DNA of 64,000 nucleotides from contig JBODTK010000118.1 of NCBI GenBank assembly GCA_050613775.1, positions 1-64,000 on the forward strand, read 5' to 3'. Each line of letters begins with the position of its first letter. The stretch's first letter is position 1. The notes under the pieces were generated by a model, which saw nothing but the letters and a program-made list of their open reading frames with translations, ran no database searches and was not told the origin of the DNA. The DNA is from Neocallimastix sp. 'constans' (taxonomy: Eukaryota). The position numbers were made by a program, and so were the translations under genes. Positions 1 to 11,107 of this stretch are shown here, piece by piece.

Positions 1-1290
1 ATATAAAGTACAAATTGAATAAAATAAAATAAAATAAAATAAATAGTTGAAATATAAATATAAAGTACAAATTGAATAAAATAAAATAAAATAAAATAAA
101 TAGTAGAAATATGAGTATAAAGTACAGATTTAATAAAATAAAATAAAATAAAATAAAATAAAATAAAATAAATAGTTGAAATATAAATATAAAGTACAAA
201 TTGAATAAAATAAAATAAAATAAAATAAATAGTTGAAATATAAATATAAAGTACAAATTGAATAAAATAAAATAAAATAAAATAAATAGTAGAAATATGA
301 GTATAAAGTACAGATTTAATAAAATAAAATAAAATAAAATAAAATAAAATAAAATAAAATAAAATAAAATAAAATAAAATAAAATAAAATAAAATAAAAT
401 AAAATAAAATAAAATAAAATAAAATAAAATAAAATAAAATAAAATAAAATAAAATAAAATAAAATAAAATAAAATAAAATAAAATAAAATAAAATAAAAT
501 AAAATAAATAAAATAAAATAAAATAAATAGTAGAACTATGAATATAAAGTACAGATTGACTAAAATAAAATAAATAGTAGAAATATGAATATAAAGTACA
601 GATTGACTAAAATAAAATAAATAGTAGAACTATGAATATAAAGTACAGATTGACTAAAATAGAATAAATAGTAGAACTATGAATATAAAGTACAGATTGA
701 CTAAAATAAAATAAATAGTAGAACTATGAATATAAAGTACAGATTGACTAAAATAAAATAAATAGTAGAAATATGAATATAAAGTACAGATTTAATAAAA
801 TAAAATAAAATAAAATAAAATAAAATAAAATAAAATAAAATAAAATAAAATAAAATAAAATAAAATAAATAGTAGAATATTAAATATAAAGTACAGATTG
901 AATAAAATAAAATAAAATAAATAGTAGAAATATGAATATAAAGTACAGATTGAATAAAATAAAATAAATAGTAGAAATATGAATATACAGTACAGATTTA
1001 ATAAAATAAAATAAAATAAAATAAAATAAAATAAAATAAAATAAAATAAAATAAAATAAATAGTAGAAATATGAATATAAAGTACAGATTTAATAAAATA
1101 AAATAAAATAAAATAAAATAAAATAAAATAAAATAAAATAAATAATAGAATATTAAATATAAAGTACAGATTGAATAAAATAAAATAAAATAAAATTAAA
1201 TAAATATTGAATGTAATAATATAAAAGTACAAGTAATAAAATAAAATAAAATAAATATTGAATGTAATAATATAAAAGTACTAATATATA
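1..1290 (+). repeat. Complex satellite: (AAAAT)n interspersed with a ~45-55 bp unit containing AATATAAAGTACAGATTGAATAAAAT; left arm of a large inverted repeat (runs off window start)
   Basis: Unit TAGTAGAAATATGAATATAAAGTACAGATT repeated many times. Confidence 0.9.
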
Positions 1291-1544
1291 AAATAAAATA
1301 AATATTTATCATTATTTTTTATTAAAGAATATTAAAGACGATTTATTTTTAAAAATAAAATGTTTTATTTAATTATATATGTTAGAAAGTAAAAAAATCA
1401 TTTATATTTAATGAGATTATTAACAATCAATAATATTGTTTTATATATTAAATTACATCATCAATTGAATACAATAAAAATGTAAAAAATTTTCATTTCT
1501 AAAACATTGATCTGTAATATTCTTTAATAAAAAATTATTAGATA

Positions 1545-2310
1545 TTTATTTTATTTTATTTTATTCAATCTGTACTTTATATTTATATTTCAACTATTTA
1601 TTTTATTTTATTTTATTTTATTCAATCTGTACTTTTATTTATATTCTATTATTTATTTTATTTTATTTTATTTTATTTTATTCAATCTGTACTTTATATT
1701 CATATTCTACTATTTATTTTATTTTATTTTATTATATTTTATTTTATTTTATTAAGTCTGTACTTTATATTCATATTTCTACTACTTATTTTATTTTATT
1801 TTATTAAATCTGTACTTTATATTCATATTTCTACTATTTATTTTATTTTATTTTATTTTATTAAATCTGTACTTTATATTCATATTTCTACTATTTATTT
1901 TATTTTATTTTATTCTTGTACTTTATATTTATATTTCAACTATTTATTTTATTTTATTTTATTCAATCTGTACTTATATTTATATTCTACTATTTTTTTT
2001 ATTTTATTTTATTTTATTTTATTAAATCTGTACTTTATATTCATAGTTCTACTATTTATTTTATTTTATTTTATTTTATTTTATTTTATTTTATTTTATT
2101 AAATCTGTACTTTATATTCATAGTTCTACTATTTATTTTATTTTATTCAATCTGTACTTTATATTCATATTTCTACTATTTATTTTATTTTATTTTATTT
2201 TATTTTATTTTATTTTATTAAATCTGTACTTTATATTCATATTTCAACTATTTATTTTATTTTATTTTATTAAATCTGTACTTTATATTCATATTTCTAC
2301 TATTTATTAT
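1545..2310 (-). repeat. Same satellite in inverted orientation (right arm)
   Basis: Repeated AATCTGTACTTTATATTCATATTTCTACTATTTATTTT, the reverse complement of the left-arm unit. Confidence 0.9.
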
Positions 2311-2404
2311 ATTTTATATACTTATTACATTCTTTATTTATTTATTTGTTTGTTTATTTATTTATACATTTATTTTTTTTTACATATAATTTTATTAAAA
2401 TTTT

Positions 2405-2495
2405 TATGGCGTCAACAAAAAATTTTACAAGCCATTAAAAATAAATGGCGTATTGAAAATTTGTATTATAAAAATTGGCGAAATGAACCACATTC
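2405..2495. mobile_element. Probable MULE-type terminal inverted repeat remnant
   Basis: TGGCGTA...TTGGCGAAATGAACCACATTC resembles the MITE end TTGGCGAAATGCCCCACACCC at ~46001-46021. Confidence 0.45.
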
Positions 2496-2562
2496 AAAAA
2501 TTTGTATATGTTATATATTAAAACTATAATTAGAATTTAAAAACTATTATTATTATTATTAG

Positions 2563-2614
<52 letters not shown>

Positions 2615-3029
2615 TAATTATTAATTATAAATACTAAAATGTCTTCTGTGTTTTACTTTTTTTTTTTTTTTTAACATGGTATGATTTAATAATATTTTTT
2701 ATTTTATTTTTATTTTTATTTTTATTTTTTTTGTTTATATAATAAAAAATACATATAATTTATTTAATAATTTTTTATTCTATTTTTATATTTATTATTT
2801 TTACAATAAAAAATAAAATAAAATAAAATAATAAAAAAAACAAAAAAAAAAAAAAAAAAACAAAAAAAAAAAACATATAAGCCTGCCTTTGTATTTATTT
2901 ATTTACTTTTTTATTATATATCTAAATTATGTTAAATTTACATTTATTTATCTAAAAATAATTTTAATAATTTTTATTATTATATCCTATTAAATTAATA
3001 GAAAATAATTATAATATTTTCAATTTGAT

Positions 3030-3230
3030 ATGATTATATGTCCTCACGCCAGTAATTATACCCATTGGAGGGGTGAATGGTTCCTATTCGTGTTCAATGG
3101 AGATATATGTAGGAATGGTAGTGAATACAGTCCTAGGCAAATGTGTAACGATGCTGTACTAGTATGCCAGTATATCACACTTAACAGTTATATCTATTAT
3201 GGTTATAATGGGTACTCATTATGTATGTTT
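3030..3230. other. GC-richer island, candidate ncRNA
   Basis: Higher GC than the flanks, several self-complementary segments, no convincing ORF. Confidence 0.3.
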
Positions 3231-3309
3231 AAATTATTTTATTTTTAATTTGACTATTGATTTAAAAATAAATTTTTATATAATTATAGAATAATGTTGG
3301 AATAAAATT

Positions 3310-3747
3310 AATAAATAATAATAAATAATTGAATATTGAATAATAAATAATAAATAATAAATAATAAATAATAAATAATAAATAATAAATAATAAATTAT
3401 AAATAATAAATAATAAATAATAAATAATAAATAATAAATAATAAATAATAAATAATAAATTATAAATAATAAATAATAAATAATAAATAATAAATAATAA
3501 ATAATAAATAATAAATAATAAATAATAAATAATAAATAATAAATTATAAATAATAAATAATAAATAATAAATAATAATAATAAATAATAAATAATAAATA
3601 ATAAATAATAAATAATAAATAATAAATAATAAATAATAAATAATAAATAATAAATAATAAATAATAAATAATAAATAATAAATAATAAATAATAAATAAT
3701 AAATAATAAATAATAAATTATAAATAATAAATAATAAATAATAAATA
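3310..3747 (+). repeat. (TAATAAA)n heptamer microsatellite
   Basis: Direct reading; explains the spurious FIIYYLL ORF. Confidence 0.95.
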
Positions 3748-4307
3748 AAAAGTAAACAAATTTTCCATAAATTGTCAAATAAAATTTTAAATGTAATAGA
3801 ATAATATAAACGGGTAATTATACAGTTAATTATCTAGTCTTCACATATTCTTATTTTATCTCTCCTTGCATTTCCTATTCACATTATCAAATATTATTTA
3901 TATGAAAAATTAATAAAAATATATATAATTTATTTCTTTCTTCATTTAAAACATTATATTATTAATATTTATTTAAAATATTAAAAAATTCTCAAAAATA
4001 TTCAAAATTATATTTTAATTCTTATTTATATATATTTATATATTTATATATTATTTATATTATTTTTTATTTAATTAAAAAAAGGAAAAATTAAAATATG
4101 ATAAAATTAAACTTTTATATCATTTTACCATTTAATTAAATTACTTTAAATTCTATTGGTTGATCGTTTTTTTTTTTATTTTCGAATTATTTATTTTATT
4201 AATAATGTTTTATTTATTTATTTTTATTTTTTATTGATATAATACTTTTAATTCTTATTCTCTTAAATAAATATTTTATTAAATAAACTTTATAGTCAGC
4301 AATTAAC

Positions 4308-4904
4308 ATGTTACTAAACACTACTTCTAGTATTATTAAGAACAGCGTACGTTGTTTTTCTTCTTCTCTCAATCCAGCTACCACAGCTGTCTTTGTTTGT
4401 GATATTCAAGATAAATTCAAGTAATTATTTTTTTATTTATTGTTGTTACTTTATTTTTTTTTATTTTTATTTTTTTTAAATGTATTTTACATTAAGTTAA
4501 AAAAAAAATACAATAATTTTTATAACATGAAATAAAATAAAATAAAATAAAATACATTAATAAGTGAAAAATATATATTCATATATATTTAAATACGTAT
4601 AAATACGTATAAAATTTTAAAATATTTTATAAATAGGAATCATATCTATGGATTTAATAACATGGTTAATACTGCTAGCAAAATGGTAAATTATTTAATA
4701 ATTAATAAATATTTATTAAAGAAAGTAGTGGAAAAAATATAATTAAAAAAAAAAAAAAAGCATAAAAAAAAATACTTATTTATATATTATAAATATAATT
4801 TTTATTTTTATTTTTAATTTTATTTTTTATTTTTAATAATTAAATAAAAATAGTGTAAAATTGCCAACCAATTCAAAATTCCAATTATTGTTACTGAACA
4901 AGTA

Positions 4905-4956
<52 letters not shown>

Positions 4957-6396
4957 TAAATTGCTTAAAATTCAAATAAAATTTAATTATTGACAAAATT
5001 TAAATTTCTATAATATATTAAATATATTTTTTATTATTAAATAATATATTGTATATTTTGACTTATATATACTTTATTAATTATTTGTGGTTTTTATTTA
5101 TTTATAGAATCCAAAAGGTATTTATTAATATCCTATAAATAATAATAATAGTAATAATAATAAAATATTAATATATATATTTTATATAAATATTTATAAT
5201 TGCTAATGTTATATATATATATTATATATATGTTATATAATTAAATAATACTAATTTATTTGTTTTATCCTTTTATTTTATTTTATTTTTATTTTTATTT
5301 TTATTTTTATTAATTTTTTTGTTTAAATAGCTTTCGGTAAAACAGTAAAGGAAATTGATATTTCTAAGGCTGCTCTTGTCCAAGAAAAATCTAAATTTTC
5401 TATGATGACTCCAGAAATTAAGGAATTAATTCACAAACGTTTCAATACTAAATCTGTTATTATTTGTGGTTTAGAAGTAATATATATATATATATATTTA
5501 AAGAGAAATAAACATTTGTGATAATAAATAATAATAATAATAATAAAAACAACAACAACAACAACAACAACAACAATAATAATAATAATAATAATAATAA
5601 TAGTAATAGTAATAATAATAGTAATAATAATAGTAAAAATTAATAATAGTAAAAATTATAATAATAAGAATTATAATAATAATAATAATAATTTTATTAT
5701 TAATACAATTATTATTATTAAACTAAAAATTTAATTTTAAATTCATATATTATTTATTTTATGATAATAAATTCATTTTAAAATGTATTCATATATTTAA
5801 TTTTTTTTTATAGTCTCACGTTTGTATTCTTCAAACTACTCTTGATTTATTAAAAGATGGTATTGATGTTTATGTTTTAGCTGATGGTGTTTCTTCTATT
5901 AACAAGGCTGAAATTGATGTTGCTAGAAAGGTATTATATAAATCCTTTTTTTTTTTTTTTTTTTTTTTGAATCTATTTATTTATATATAAAAAATTATAT
6001 ATATATATCTTAATTTAAAGTATTTTCATATTAATTCAATTATTAATAATATCTATATATCTACATATCTCTATCTATAACAATATTTATATTTATTATT
6101 TTAATATAATTTTATACCTCTTATTACATTATAATCTTTATAAATTATAAATATAAAATTGTATACTATTTGGCATAAAATAAAATAATATAAAATAAAA
6201 AAAAAAAATAAAATAAAAAAAAAAATAGAGATGTATGATGTCGGGAGCTAATGTTACTAGTACTGAATCCATTTTATTCCAACTTCTTGGTGATGCTAAG
6301 AATCCAAACTTTAAATTTGCTAATAGATTAATTAAAGAAACCAAAGAAACTACCAAGGAAGCTATGAACTGTTTCGTTAAGGATTTATATAAATGA
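4308..6396 (+). CDS. Isochorismatase-domain protein (ISOC1/ISOC2-like), 7 exons
   Basis: GT-AG exons ~4308-4420, 4638-4685, 4854-4901, 5108-5117, 5331-5477, 5814-5930, 6229-6396 splice to [99 protein letters not shown], matching family motifs. Confidence 0.9.
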
Positions 6397-6528
6397 AAAT
6401 AAAAATATATAAATTATATATAATATATATAATATATATAATGTGTATAAAACTATACTGAAACAAGATAAAAAAAAATTTTTTTTAAAAAAGCTTTATT
6501 AAATTAGCGTTATAGTATTTTTTTTTAT

Positions 6529-6565
<37 letters not shown>

Positions 6566-7867
6566 AAGGAAATTAAAATTAGTATATATAAAGAAAATTA
6601 TAGAAATAAAAAGTTATAATAATAAAACAAAAGAAGAAAAATAAAAAAAAAAAAAAAAAAAGAATTAAAATAAAATAAAAAAAAAAAAAAAAGAAAATAA
6701 AATAAACAATATTTAATTAAATAACAAAAAAAAAGTATAAAAATAAAAAGGTAAAATAAATAATAATAATAATAATAAATTCTGGTAGACTCGGGGTTGA
6801 CACTTAGATATTTAAAATCAAGCAGGGGGGGACGGGTATTACCCTGCTTTGATTTTAAATAAAAAAAAAATAATTCTTTTTTTTAAAAGTTATTTATTTA
6901 TTTTTTTTTTTTATTAATATAAAATTTTTTATTTAAAGTACACATATTTAATTTTTAAGAAATTGTTACAATATTTATATTTTTTTATAAATTTAAAGTA
7001 TAATTAATTGTTTATAATTTAAGTAATTTTATAGAATTATTGAATTAATTTTATATCAATAATTCATTTTTGTTTTAATTTTTATAAATATAATAATATA
7101 ATATTCAAATATAATTTAATTAAAAATAATTATAAAATAAATATATAGAAAATAGTTTTTACTATTTTCTTTGATATTTTTAAGTTAAATAAATTGTTTT
7201 TAAAGATTAATATAATAAATTTAATAATCTTTAATTATTTTAAATAATACTTGTAATTATTTTCAAAATAAAATAAAATTTTTATAATATTTAATTAATA
7301 AATTTGATAATATTTAAATAATAATTTTTATAATAAGTAATAATTTTTAATAATAATTTTTAATAATAAATTTAATTAATAATCTTAATAATTTTATAAT
7401 AATATTTAATAGTTATAATAAATAAATTTTTATAATAATATTTAATAATTTTAATAATTTTATAATATTAATAATTTATAATAATTTTTAGAATAATATT
7501 TAATTAATAATTTTAATAATTTTATAATAATTTTTATAATAATATTTAATTAATATTTTTAATAATTTAGTATCTTAAAAGTATAATTTTAATATTTACA
7601 ATTGTATTTTAATATATACATATATTTAATAATATAACAATAAAGTGATTAATTAAAATTTATTTACATTATTTACAAATTAAAATTAATTTATATCAAA
7701 ATAAATTAAATTTACAATGAGGTTTAGGTTATGAAGAATATAGGAAAGTACAATTTAGTAAAGAATTATTAATAATAAAATAAAGGTTATTAATTCATTC
7801 TTTACCAATTCAAATAATATTGTGTATTATTTTACTTTTTAAAAAACTTTTAATTAGAACATCAAAA

Positions 7868-7940
7868 TGCGAAGTGTGAGGTTCGAACTCACGACCTTAA
7901 GATTATGAGACTTACGCGCTGCCGACTGCGCCAACTTCGC
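7868..7940 (-). tRNA. tRNA-Met(CAT), elongator type
   Basis: Reverse complement GCGAAGTTGGCGCAGTCGGCAGCGCGTAAGTCTCATAATCTTAAGGTCGTGAGTTCGAACCTCACACTTCGCA folds as a cloverleaf; CAT anticodon; TTCG T-loop and T31-T39 apposition typical of elongator Met; followed by TTTT. Confidence 0.95.
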
Positions 7941-7954
7941 CTCTTAAAATTTTC

Positions 7955-8804
7955 TGATAAGAATGTACTAAATAATGCATTCTTAATTAAATCTACGATT
8001 TATTTCTAATACATTATGTGTACATTATTATTTTTGTACTTTAATAAATTTTTAAATTCAAAGATTAAAAATTAGATCAAAAATTATATTAAACTTTATA
8101 ATTTTTATATTAAATCTTATATTAATAGTAATATTTTTATATATTTAAAACTTATATTAACAATATTAATAATAAATCTTATTTTTTTATTTTTATATTA
8201 ATAATGAAAATTTGTATTAATAATATTTTTATATATTGATAATTAAAAATTTATATATTATATTTTAACTTTTATTATAAAATTTTATATCGAAATGTTT
8301 TATTTTATATTGAAAAATATTTTATTTTATTAAAAACCTTTATATTAGAATAGTATTTTTATTTTTATTTGAATATTTTAACAGAGTGTAATAAAAATTT
8401 TAGCCAATTAAATAAATTCTTATTAGTAATATTTTAGATAGATTATAAAAAAAAAAAAAAAGGTTTTATTAATATTATAAATGTATTTTATTTATATTGT
8501 TATAATTAAATTTTATATAATTGCTTATAAAAATCAATTTAAATTTAATAGTTTTTATATATAAAAAGAAAAATAATAATAAAATGTAATTTAGTGGCAA
8601 GAACAACTTTTATGCCTTGAAAAAAAAGTATAAATAGTTGTAAATTTTGCTACTAATTTTTAAATATCATTAAATAAAATAAAATCAAATCAAATAAAAT
8701 AAAATAAAATAAAATCAAATAAATTTATAAATAAAAATAATAAATAAATAAATAAAATTTGTGTTTCTTACTTTATTTTTATTTAATTCTCTAAAACCTT
8801 AACA
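7955..8804 (+). repeat. E1 5' LTR
   Basis: TGATAAGAAT...CCTTAACA repeated at 15124-15973; TATAAATA near 8629. Confidence 0.95.
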
Positions 8805-8810
8805 TTTATA

Positions 8811-8830
8811 TGGTGGAGATATCGGGGAAT
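8811..8830 (+). promoter_or_regulatory. E1 primer-binding site, complementary to a tRNA-Ala-type 3' end
   Basis: TGGTGGAGATATCGGGGAAT is the complement of ATTCCCCGATATCTCCA-CCA; eukaryotic tRNA-Ala commonly ends in ..ATCTCCA; identical in E2. Confidence 0.8.
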
Positions 8831-9501
8831 TAAATAGAAATAATAGTAAATAACATAGATTTTTTTTTAATTTTTTTTATTTTATATTGATAAACAAGTA
8901 AGTCGTTAATCCTTTGATTAACCTATGGCGCTTGTTTGATATATATATAAAAAAAAATTTTTTTTAAATAAGTAAAATTAAGATTCAAAAAAAAAAAAAA
9001 ACAAATTTTGTAAAATTATAACAAGGAGCGGATAGAGCTCATACACAGTGTATTCTCAGATAGCAACAAATTAACTCTATTCATAGTAGGTTATTGAATA
9101 GTAGTTAATTTGGAGATTAATTGGAAAGTAGACGAAGGTATTTGGTTACCGACCCGGTAATAATAGTTCAGCCTTCAACGTTTCAACACACGAAGGTGCG
9201 GGTACTTTCCAAGCACTGGCGAATAAGGAGCTTACGTCACCGAAGGCGTAAGATTGTTTTTTTTATATATATTTTTTTTACTTTTCTTTGTGCTAGTTAT
9301 AAGGCACTTTATTATATAAAGTATCAGACTTTGGCTAACTTCGCCATTTAAATTTTTTTTATTTTTTTTATTACTGGTACTTTATTTGTTATATAATTCC
9401 TGTAATAGAATCTTAATTTACTTTGAAAATATTGTGTTTTTAGTTAATTTTTATTAGTTAATAAAAATATTATTGAATACTTTTAAAATTTTTTTTTATT
9501 C

Positions 9502-9661
9502 CGTACATAGATTATCGGATTAAGTTTATCCTACATAGTAATTGGGCTAGTAGGCTCTGAACTGCTATATTTTATATTGAATATAGTAATCGTGGCACAC
9601 GCGTGGCATGACACCATTAGGTAAGCTGCACGTCAGACAGTGTGTACTATCAGATTGTACG
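9502..9661 (+). ncRNA. Conserved structured cis-RNA in the E1 leader
   Basis: Near-identical to 16953-17118 and 35974-36139, with compensatory stem changes. Confidence 0.75.
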
Positions 9662-9831
9662 ACAATAAAGATTATTTTTTTGTATTTAATAATTATAATT
9701 AATTAATAATTTTATTAGCTATAACAATACAATATTTATCGTTTAAAAAGAAAAATTTTTGAAAGGTGAAAATAATAAATAAAACTTTGCTTCTAAATTT
9801 ATTACTACAAATATACTAAATTACAAAATTC

Positions 9832-10030
9832 AAGTGGTCGATAAAGGTTTCGAGCTTGAAAAATATTCTATTGAGTTGTCGATAAAGATTTCGAACTTAA
9901 AATTATTCTATTGAGTTGTCGATAAAGATTTCGAACTTAAAAATTATTCTTAATAAAGTAGTCGAAAAGAACCTCGTGCTTTATAATTTCTACTAAGTTG
10001 TCGATAAGGATTTCGAGCTTATATCTACTA
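9832..10030 (+). repeat. Five ~40-bp tandem hairpin repeats in the E1 leader
   Basis: Unit AGTTGTCGATAAAGATTTCGAACTT-AAAATTATTCTATTG and variants. Confidence 0.85.
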
Positions 10031-10195
10031 AAGAAAGCAAATAAAATTATTATTTTCAAAAGTTACTAAAATATATTGTTTTAAAAATTGATTCGATATT
10101 AAATTACCTATTAAACTATATTTTTAAAGTTGTATTTCCAAATTTATTCTTATTTAATCACCTCATTAATATACAACAAGAAATATTTAAACAAA

Positions 10196-11107
10196 ATGTC
10201 CAAGGAAACAACTTTGAGCTTTAAAGAATTGAAAAAAGAATTAAGAGATATTGTGAAACTTAGCAAGGACAATTTAGATATTAAGTCCTGGGCTACTGAA
10301 TTAAAACTTTGGATCAAGATACAAGGTATTACAGATCCAGAAACAATATTTAATGCTTGTTTACTTACCAGCTCTGGTGAAGTACAACGCGTTATTGAAG
10401 ATTTGGGAGAAGATAGTGATGATGAAAGTGATGATTCATCAGATGAAGAAGAAGATGATGATGAAGAAGAAAATGTTGATGATGATATTAAATTTCCTTC
10501 CCTTGAAAAAATTATTTCAAGTCTTGAAAATTTTTACGGTATTAAAGAAGACCAAAATTTACTTCTTAAAGAACTTCGTGCAATGCGAATTAAAAGAAAC
10601 GAAAAGATTAAAGACTTTAATGTAAGATATAGAACTTTGTACACTAAACTTGATAAAAAGAGAAGAAAGCGCATTGGTGTACTAGATTATATTGATTCTA
10701 TTCAAAATAATTATGAAGCCTGGAAGAAATTATCCCTTAAAGATGATATAAGTATGGATAAAGCTTTCAAAATTGCCGAGAAAGTAGATAGACTTTCTGT
10801 AAGGAACAATAATATTAATACCTATAATGTTAATAATTCCCAACATAATCAAAATAATCAAAACAGTACTACTTCAAGACTTTATCCTAAAAGAAGAAAC
10901 GAAACTTTCCAAACAAATCAAACAAATAATAAACCGAAACCTCAAGATATTATAGAAGAATCAACCCAGAAAATGAGAAATTTATCCGTTAAAACTTGCT
11001 TCTTCTGTAAGGAAGAAGGTCATTACTCATACTATTGCCCTCAATTAAATAAGATTATGGAAAAAAATAAAAAAGAAATATATTCCAAAAAGTCTTTAAA
11101 CTTCTAA
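10196..11107 (+). CDS. gag: E1 Gag (capsid + CCHC zinc knuckle)
   Basis: First ATG at 10196 (MSKETT); CFFCKEEGHYSYYC knuckle; homologous to E2 Gag. Confidence 0.92.
   Translation: MSKETTLSFKELKKELRDIVKLSKDNLDIKSWATELKLWIKIQGITDPETIFNACLLTSSGEVQRVIEDLGEDSDDESDDSSDEEEDDDEEENVDDDIKFPSLEKIISSLENFYGIKEDQNLLLKELRAMRIKRNEKIKDFNVRYRTLYTKLDKKRRKRIGVLDYIDSIQNNYEAWKKLSLKDDISMDKAFKIAEKVDRLSVRNNNINTYNVNNSQHNQNNQNSTTSRLYPKRRNETFQTNQTNNKPKPQDIIEESTQKMRNLSVKTCFFCKEEGHYSYYCPQLNKIMEKNKKEIYSKKSLNF

Noticed and set aside
792..3778. ORFs rich in F/Y/I/L (792-1232, 1916-2221, 3308-3778) and similar ones at 42876, 46612, 49507, 50202, 50629, 58679 and 61145
   Set aside because: Translations of AT microsatellites or intron sequence
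7868..7940. Adjacent tRNA-Met as the primer for E1/E2 or as initiator tRNA
   Set aside because: The PBS is not complementary to its 3' end (..CTTCGCA), and its T-loop and first base pair are elongator-type
9225..9258. GAGCTTACG..CGTAAG as a group II intron domain V
   Set aside because: Stem too short, no bulge geometry and no other intron domains recognisable
9121..9351. 76-aa ORF in the E1 leader
   Set aside because: Non-ATG start, no recognisable motif; better explained as structured RNA
9832..10030. CRISPR-like look of palindromic repeats
   Set aside because: Linkers are short and similar to each other rather than unique spacers; no cas genes; lies in a eukaryotic retrotransposon leader
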